Shown in pieces: positions 19,501-24,015 of a stretch of DNA of 24,015 nucleotides. Numbering within the stretch: the stretch's first letter is position 1; every line of letters starts with the position of its first letter. The position numbers and the translations under genes were made by a program. The stretch lies in the IMG/VR virus record IMGVR_UViG_2609459938_000002, positions 62,001 through 86,015 of that record. One strand, 5' to 3'. The notes below the pieces were generated by a model. That model was not told the DNA's origin. It was given only the letters and a program-made list of their open reading frames with translations, and did no database searches. This DNA is from an uncultured virus (IMG/VR IMGVR_UViG_2609459938_000002) (Duplodnaviria > Heunggongvirae > Uroviricota > Caudoviricetes).

Positions 19501-22456
19501 GGTGTACATCAACAGTCCGAAGTTTGAGGTAGGTAACGTTGTTTCCGACTGGAACGAGTCTCCGTCTGATAGCGCCAGTGCGTCGGCTGTGGATTCGCTG
19601 ACAACGAAAGTGAATCAGCAAGGCACTTCCATTAGCTCTATCGGAAATCGCACCACATCGTTGGAAAACAGGTTATCGACAGCTCAGAACAACATTGCCA
19701 GGAAGGCTGATGCTTCTGCATTGCAGGATCTCCGGAACACGGTGACATCTCAGGGGGGCGATTTAACCGCGGCGAACAGTAGCATTACCAGCCTGCAGGC
19801 CTCGATGAACCGTCGCACTGTGTTTACTGTCACTGCACGGGGGAATGGCAACAGCGTAACTCCTGGGGTTTTTGATGAAAGCGGCAAAAACCTGTTTACC
19901 CCTGGTCGCAGCTGGGCACTGGTCACTTTTGCAAAACACAGCAACGGATCAACGGTGATTGCGACATCCAAAACATACGATGTCTTTGGCAGCGCGAATA
20001 ATGGTGCCACGATGTCGGCTGATATCGAGGCGTTGGCCAGTGGCACTTACGTTTGCGTCCTGACATTCGATGAGCCATCTGGCAACCGAGGTAAGATATT
20101 GTCTGCTCTGGAATCTCTTGGTGGTACATCCGAAGTCGTCAACTCCCTGCCGTATCGTGGTGCCTATATTCTCCTTGGCCGCAAAGGCATGAGGCCGGGC
20201 GATGGTCTGGAACTGCGTGCGCCAACCGGTGGTGACGCCACTGCCCACATTTCGACCTCAGTCGAGTTTGTGAACGGGGTAATGATGGGACTGGGCGCCG
20301 CCGGCGGTGTGATGATGAAGGCTGATGCGAACGCGTCGGCAATTACCACGCTCCAGAACACAGTGAAGGCCCAGGGGGGTAATATTGACTCCCTGAGTTC
20401 CTCGGTAACGGCGCTGGAGAACAGCCTCAGGTCGACAAACGATACGGTGAGTAAAAAGGCCGACACGTCCGCGGTGAGTTCACTGACCGGTCGCGTAAGC
20501 CAGGTGGAAAACACCATCACCAGCCAGTCGCAGAGCATCACGTCGCTGACCAGCACCATCAATACCATCCGCACTCAGGGAGCTAATCCGTGGGTTGACG
20601 GTACGTTCGAAAGCTACGGAGATGGTCATGTGCTGGGCGGGGGCGGCACCGCCGTTGTGGTGGAGTCGCAGAAATTCACCGGCAATAAGAGCCTGCAGGT
20701 GAGCCGGGGAGCGAACAATAACGGCAACAGCGATAAACAGCTTGGGAGCTGGCAGTCAGTCCGTGAGGATGCGAAGTTCCGGTTTGAGTTCTGGGCCATG
20801 ATGCCGGCGGATCAGAAACCCTCCTCCGGGTGGACAACGCTGGTCGGTATCAACTCACTGAATGCTGCCGGTCAAAACTCCTGGCAGTCGGCGGTCACTG
20901 TCAGCGAAGCCGCTCTTGGTGCGCGTGATAAGTGGGTGAAATTTACGGGTATTGCCAGTAACAACGGGGGTGGTAGAACACGCGCGGTGGTCTGGATCTC
21001 CACCCGTGGCGCCTCCGGCAGCGGCACCCCCGGTTATTCGCTGTATATCGACGATCTGGTTATCACGGATGTTACCGATGCGAAAGCGGCACAGGATGCC
21101 TCTGACGCGACGGCGAGTGCCGTAAGCGGTCTGACGGCTCGCGTAACGGATGCCGAAGGGAAAATCACCGCCCAGGCGCAGCAGCAGGCGGCACTGGCCA
21201 CGAAAGTGGATAATGCCAACTCCCGCGTCGATAACATGGCGAAGACGCTGAGCGACAGCCAGAACACACAGGCCAGTCTGAATACCTCGCTTCAGTCGCA
21301 GATTGACGCGCAGGCGGCCGCCAACATCAAAAACCAGACGACGCTGGACAACACGATTAAATCGGTGGCCAGTATCACCAGTACCCAGCAGACGCATGCA
21401 ACGGCACTGGAGGCCCTGGCAACGCAGCAGACGACCCTGACATCCAGTGTCGGGGATCTCAGTGCTTCCGTTCAGAATACCGCCAAAACCGTGGCGGCTG
21501 TGAATGGTACGGTGAGTTCTCTGTGGTCGATGAAGGTTGAGACGGTTAACGGGAAGAAGGTTGGCGCGGGGATTACGCTGGGCAGCAATGGTGAAACGAG
21601 CGACATTATCCTTTATGCCGACCGCTTCTCGCTGTTTAACCGTAATAATGCGACGGCTGTTCCGGTGATGGTTGCCGAAGGCAATGAACTGTATATCGAT
21701 ACGGCACGTATCAAAAACAGTTCCCTGACCTCAACCAAAATCGCGGACGGTTCCATCACGAACGCGAAGATCGGCAACGAGATCCGCTCGAATGACTTTG
21801 TTGACGGGTCACGCGGCTGGCGTATCGCTAAGGATGGCTCTTCGCAGTTCAACAACGTGATCGTTCGCGGTGCGGTTTATGCGACTGACGGCTGGTTCCA
21901 GGGTACGGTATATGCGAACCACATCGAGGGCGACATCGGGTCATTTGCGATCAACATCGCTCAGCACCGCACGCGCAAGGTGCCGAAGGCTACATGGCAG
22001 TGGTTTGAGCTGGCCCGGTTCCGGCGGCAGAATTTCGACCAGGTGATCAATATTCGCGGTGGACTCCTCCAGACGGATAGCATCACTATCGACGGCGGCG
22101 CGAAACTCAGAGCGGGGATGTCCTACGCGCCAGGGGCTGACGGCGGACTGAATCCTGGCTATCTGTCGTATGCAATGCTTCTTCGTGGCACAGGCGCTAC
22201 GTCTGGTGGCGGCAGTATGGAGCTAGGCATTGAGCTTATGTATGAAACAGGTGGAGCAACACGCCTGTTAACGGCGCAAGAGTCAATGAACGTAGACAAC
22301 ATGTCATTTGTCGTCCCTGCCGGTACTGGCGACGCTGTTCTGCGATATGGCTGTTACCTGGACCGTAACGGACAGATGGTATTAACCATCCTCTCAAGAT
22401 TCGACGCCTTCGCCGCGCGCAATAACAACGTAATTAGAGCTGCATCATCTGCTTAA
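13520..22456 (+). CDS. gpJ: Giant host-specificity / central tail fibre protein J (2978 aa) with six inserted globular modules
   Basis: The N-terminal ~830 aa are lambda-J-like (GRKGGG, LGEGE, WAWTDNPAW, EPRYTCN, GCTRQSEAHRKG, FN3-like YEAQWRR...YLVRVRAIN). A long S/T/Q/N/A-rich coiled coil is interrupted by modules at about 16481-16930, 17615-18045, 18305-18811, 19082-19570, 19811-20296 and 20579-21082. A DUF1983-like region (ADRF...LYIDTARI..ITNAKIG..IRS...GWRI.KDG) spans 21518-21937. Confidence 0.95.
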   Translation: MANNIIKGRKGGGSKQRTPTEQPDDLQSVAKAKILLALGEGEFAGGLTGKDIYLDGTPLENADGSQNFSGVSWEFRPGTQAQTYIQGIPGTENEISVGLEVSSKTAWTHTFTNTQLSAVRFRLKWPSLMKQEDDGDVVGNTVRYAIDLQTDGGAWQTVLETAVSGKTTTGYERSHRIDLPQACSTWTLRLRKISPDANSVKTGDVMTLQSYTEVIDAKLRYPNTALLYIEFDSSQFNGSIPQISCEPRGRVIRVPDNYNPETREYTGVWTGGFKWAWTDNPAWIYYDIVIADRFGLGNRLSSANISKWTLYQIAQYCDQLVPDGRGGDGMEPRYTCNVYVQERNDAYTVLRDFAAIFRGMTCWNGEQIVVLADMPRDVDFTYTRANIVGKPRYSSSSSQVRYTNALVSWSDPDNAYADAMEPAFIPELVSRYSFNQLEMTAIGCTRQSEAHRKGLWGILTNNKDRMVEIDVGLDGRIPQPGYIIALADELLAGRVNGGRISAVNGRVITLDRDVDAKPGDRLQLNLPSGISQSRTIQAVNGRRQITVTTAYSETPERECVWAIESDDLFLQQYRVTGVKENNDATLTITGVAHDPDKFARIDTGAIIDQRPVSVLPAGNQSPPDDIVITSRSVVNQGISVETMQVNWSAVSGAIAYEAQWRRNDGNWINVPRSSTTSFEVSGIYAGRYLVRVRAINAAEISSGWAYSEEKTLTGKVGEPLAPLALATRSLVHGVQVSWEFPSGSGDTLRTELQYSKNQDGSAPMPLSDVAYPGKSYQQMGLSMGAEFWYRARLVDRLGNESPWTGWVQGMASDNFDDYYENLTDAIKDTAAWEETQRTISETQEGIRNTQQELEQTAEELRQEAADQAKQVSQNIDASAKSITADVNQQIAVLSKSLADGDAALNAQIKTAENGLKQSLSQVNTTLTNAVKQETADRIADINAKAAQAADELLAATQGIEASIESLTQVMKSADENLAREMSSLAAGANIQFDSQVIWHFNSQTTEGWTGSAGVPGVSRDGWLRPADSATDPYITSPGGLAVDGAAYRFIMLRFRKTGKPVWAGEIRWVSAGENFNNTKRYIVAEPEYADGVATLTVRDIPWTGNIDRIRLDLTNQQDASNFIEFDWIAVGRPAPGASTAALQDVRSTLSNALTSEAQARSTLAAQMRGSYDGSDLEKVTSGLLYQEKTARVTAIQAEVKARESLQMQFNDNKAAVSGELSSLTTEQRAQASRIGGLETSLGKKADATALTSLTQKVEQQGATLTSQGAALTSLTNRVGQTETGLAGTNEALSGLQSVVTRQGDRITSQGQSITKLTSDLGTTNSALVKKAEAAAVTALTQQVEQNGRDIRSNTDSITRLSNQLVNGQPNSWSRRIYPVQLANAVTVPSFSDIRAVAPVVVDEVADATRLDFTSAGSYLIALYSCQVKVAADTTITMTPGNRVFDDTGAVFVNGVQVAWGNASWTTVSFDLKAGWNTVEFLVNQWAGQAYINLGLKLSDKVAEMYSGLGVSALANAAGVLNSNVSQIGNDVVSNSQSITQLRNALTQTDANVASKADQTAMNSLTGRVEKTESGLTAANSNITSLSSSLSQQSKRGANLLPDGTFESYAVGHNLANNRAIVTTDDSHGGNKCIRVTRPNDYNANATDNTDTHIFSGFQVRDNAVFYMECWVKLDSRSTAMAGNVQISVGLSLQYQDNSWQWPAVTKAAKDLSSTQWTKVSGYLKSTKSGIKQAMVRISIPNVSSVKAGNSFLIDDLVITEVTDAYNAQSTADANANAISTLNSTVSQQGGQITSQGNSITKLINDLAKTNNNVSNKADANALTALTNRVTQTEKDINSTSSSVTNLNNKVDAISVGGTNLIKNSGDMTGWSNVVSDTYRGNAVISTTVKAGSGYRDLREITLESPLDAGEYVYSFYAKGGVAGQTMTAFFYNPNTTTSIETSQGAKGNNTDGRAQFTLTTSWARYWVKWKQTPTTGTKRLILCRIESNTSKDQTVYINSPKFEVGNVVSDWNESPSDSASASAVDSLTTKVNQQGTSISSIGNRTTSLENRLSTAQNNIARKADASALQDLRNTVTSQGGDLTAANSSITSLQASMNRRTVFTVTARGNGNSVTPGVFDESGKNLFTPGRSWALVTFAKHSNGSTVIATSKTYDVFGSANNGATMSADIEALASGTYVCVLTFDEPSGNRGKILSALESLGGTSEVVNSLPYRGAYILLGRKGMRPGDGLELRAPTGGDATAHISTSVEFVNGVMMGLGAAGGVMMKADANASAITTLQNTVKAQGGNIDSLSSSVTALENSLRSTNDTVSKKADTSAVSSLTGRVSQVENTITSQSQSITSLTSTINTIRTQGANPWVDGTFESYGDGHVLGGGGTAVVVESQKFTGNKSLQVSRGANNNGNSDKQLGSWQSVREDAKFRFEFWAMMPADQKPSSGWTTLVGINSLNAAGQNSWQSAVTVSEAALGARDKWVKFTGIASNNGGGRTRAVVWISTRGASGSGTPGYSLYIDDLVITDVTDAKAAQDASDATASAVSGLTARVTDAEGKITAQAQQQAALATKVDNANSRVDNMAKTLSDSQNTQASLNTSLQSQIDAQAAANIKNQTTLDNTIKSVASITSTQQTHATALEALATQQTTLTSSVGDLSASVQNTAKTVAAVNGTVSSLWSMKVETVNGKKVGAGITLGSNGETSDIILYADRFSLFNRNNATAVPVMVAEGNELYIDTARIKNSSLTSTKIADGSITNAKIGNEIRSNDFVDGSRGWRIAKDGSSQFNNVIVRGAVYATDGWFQGTVYANHIEGDIGSFAINIAQHRTRKVPKATWQWFELARFRRQNFDQVINIRGGLLQTDSITIDGGAKLRAGMSYAPGADGGLNPGYLSYAMLLRGTGATSGGGSMELGIELMYETGGATRLLTAQESMNVDNMSFVVPAGTGDAVLRYGCYLDRNGQMVLTILSRFDAFAARNNNVIRAASSA
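17249..20578 (+). repeat. Degenerate intragenic stalk repeats in J (KAD/KAE...LT..V...IT.L units)
   Basis: KAD/KAE-initiated units start at 17249, 17507, 18182, 18965, 19703, 20318 and 20456. DNA-level remnants: TCGCAGAGCATCAC at 18122 and 20528, and a 27/34 match between 17435-17468 and 18893-18926. Confidence 0.8.
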
Positions 22457-22461
22457 ATCAT

Positions 22462-22487
22462 GGCCCCGCAAGGGGCCTTTTCTTTTT
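22462..22487 (+). terminator. Intrinsic terminator after J
   Basis: GGCCCC-GCAA-GGGGCC followed by TTTTCTTTTT, 5 nt after the J stop. Confidence 0.75.
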
Positions 22488-22518
22488 CCAGGGAAGAGCA
22501 TCCAGGAGGAACTTTATT

Positions 22519-24015
22519 ATGGCGATGTATGAAGTCGGCACCGTCACGGGTGCAGCGTCGCAAGCACGGGTGACAGGTGCGACAACAAAATGGTCACAGG
22601 TGGCGCTGGGGATACTGCCCGGGTCGATTCTGGTGGTCTACCGCAGCGGTAGTGCTGACCTGTATGCGATCAAATCTGTGGACAGCGACACGCAACTGAC
22701 GCTGACCCGGAATATCACCACCGCATTTTCCGGTGCCTCTTACGGCATTATTACAGCTGAAACCGCCAGCACCTCGTCGTTTGCTAACCAGCTGGCCAGC
22801 GCGTTTGCATTCTGGCGTAGTGTAGTGGAGGGCTGGTCGATGGCCCTGACCGGCAGCGGCAATATTACCCTGACTGACCCGATCACAGGAAAGCAGGTGA
22901 CCGTGCCGGCGATAGCCGGGATGGCGAAAGCATCGGATCTTAACGCGCTGGCAAAACTCACCGGAGGAAACAACCTCGCCGGCTCGCAAATTATAACTAG
23001 CGATAATTCCGGTTTTATTTTGGGCAGGAACTCAGATCTGGCTCTGCTTAAAAAACAAGGGCAAGGCGGGACAATTGCCGTCGGCTCGGGAACACCGTTC
23101 AGGGTTCAGCGTTCAAGAGCGACCACTGTATCACCGTCAGAAACCTATGATGACATCCTCGTTATTGGCACCAATAACCAGACGACGTTGCCCGGAGATT
23201 TGGTTGTCGGTGGTGGTTTCGATAATACGGCAAAGGGCAAGCTGTATTCCCAGGCGTTAGAGCTGTCGATGGGCACTCCGTACATCGATTTTCACCATAA
23301 CAAAAGTGCTAACGACTACACCGCACGCCTCATCACCACCTCTGCAGACCAGCTGAGTGTGCAGGGAAGCCATCTACGGGTAGACAGAGACCTGCGGGTG
23401 GGGCAAGCGGCCGACATCGGCAGCTGGATACAGTGTCGCTATGACTGTGTGTCGCAGCGGAGCGACTTCGGTTCTCCTGCCATTGGCTCGTTAGTTTCCG
23501 GGGGCAGAGTTCGGTCCCGCATATCAGGGCGCGGAGGAAACGGGGACACATCAGGAGCGTGGGGGGGATTCTACCTTGAGGAGTACGTAGGCACTGAGCA
23601 CCGGATCGTTCTGTACATGGATGGGTTCGGCAGGACGGACGCGTGGACCTTCCGCTCTGGCGGTGCCGTCTCCACCCCGAAGGGGGATGTCATGACCACC
23701 GGCTCAGACGTGCGGCTGAAAGAGGATTTTACGGAATCCCAGGAAGGGGCCTCCAGGCGTATTAACGCGCTGGGGATATGTGAGTTCAACATGAAAGGCG
23801 AAACACGCCGTAGGCGTGGATTTATTGCTCAACAAGCTGAAAAAGTTGACCCGATTTACACCTTTCAAAGCGGCGATGTAGAAATTGATGGCGAGAAGAT
23901 CAATATCCTTAACGTAGACCATACGGCCATCATCGCGGATCTTGTTCTTACGGTGCAGGAGTTAACAAAACAAGTGCGTGATTTGAACAAGCAGGTTCAA
24001 ACAAAAGAGTACTGA
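22519..24015 (+). CDS. Side tail fibre with C-terminal intramolecular chaperone (peptidase S74-like), 498 aa
   Basis: AGGAGGA SD at 22504-22510. Fibre-anchor N-terminus (YEVGTVT...VTGATTKW...IKSVDSDTQLTL), a PYIDFH...DYTARLI fibre motif, GSDVRLK (Ser at 23704, Lys at +5), then RRGFIAQQ and a terminal coiled coil. Confidence 0.88.
   Translation: MAMYEVGTVTGAASQARVTGATTKWSQVALGILPGSILVVYRSGSADLYAIKSVDSDTQLTLTRNITTAFSGASYGIITAETASTSSFANQLASAFAFWRSVVEGWSMALTGSGNITLTDPITGKQVTVPAIAGMAKASDLNALAKLTGGNNLAGSQIITSDNSGFILGRNSDLALLKKQGQGGTIAVGSGTPFRVQRSRATTVSPSETYDDILVIGTNNQTTLPGDLVVGGGFDNTAKGKLYSQALELSMGTPYIDFHHNKSANDYTARLITTSADQLSVQGSHLRVDRDLRVGQAADIGSWIQCRYDCVSQRSDFGSPAIGSLVSGGRVRSRISGRGGNGDTSGAWGGFYLEEYVGTEHRIVLYMDGFGRTDAWTFRSGGAVSTPKGDVMTTGSDVRLKEDFTESQEGASRRINALGICEFNMKGETRRRRGFIAQQAEKVDPIYTFQSGDVEIDGEKINILNVDHTAIIADLVLTVQELTKQVRDLNKQVQTKEY

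Larger units (their letters stand above)
1..24015 (+). mobile_element. Lambdoid (Siphoviridae-like) phage/prophage head-tail morphogenesis module; extends beyond the window
   Basis: Continuous, co-oriented, tightly coupled ORFs (ATGA/TAATG overlaps) in the lambda order terminase-W-portal-protease/capsid-FII-Z-U-V-G-T-H-M-L-K-I-J-fibre. No att site, integrase or host gene is visible in the window. Confidence 0.97.

Noticed and set aside
17249..21500. CRISPR-like or tandem DNA repeat array in J
   Set aside because: The repeats are degenerate, protein-level and in frame. There are no identical regularly spaced DNA repeats with spacers.
22400..22487. Possible diversity-generating retroelement target (AAT/AAC codons at the J 3' end plus a GC hairpin with a GNRA loop)
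   Set aside because: I saw no template repeat differing at adenines and no reverse transcriptase in the window. The hairpin has a T tract and is explained as a terminator.
23561..23567. G7 run in the side fibre gene as a phase-variation tract
   Set aside because: The run is short, in frame (Trp-Gly-Gly) and the ORF is intact. There is no evidence of slippage.

Overview
The whole window is the virion-morphogenesis (late) operon of a lambdoid siphovirus or prophage, probably of an enterobacterial host (inferred). All genes are on the + strand and appear intact. Order: terminase large subunit (5'-truncated by the window), gpW-like adaptor, portal, a ClpP-type protease/scaffold/major capsid fusion, a DUF2190-like protein, an FII-like head-tail protein, then tail genes Z-U-V-G-(GT frameshift)-H-M-L-K-I-J, and a side tail fibre with a C-terminal intramolecular chaperone (S74-type). 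The outstanding feature is a 2978-aa gpJ central fibre (lambda J is about 1130 aa). Its coiled-coil stalk carries six inserted globular modules: two paralogous CBM4/9-like domains, an ILEI/GG (FAM3/POMGnT1-type) lectin-like domain, a module with motifs typical of Firmicute-phage antireceptors, and two jelly-roll-like domains. Modules 2-6 recur about every 250 aa, each behind a repeated 'KAD' stalk unit, which suggests a plug-and-play multivalent glycan-binding array. All domain calls are by-eye motif recognition, not database searches.
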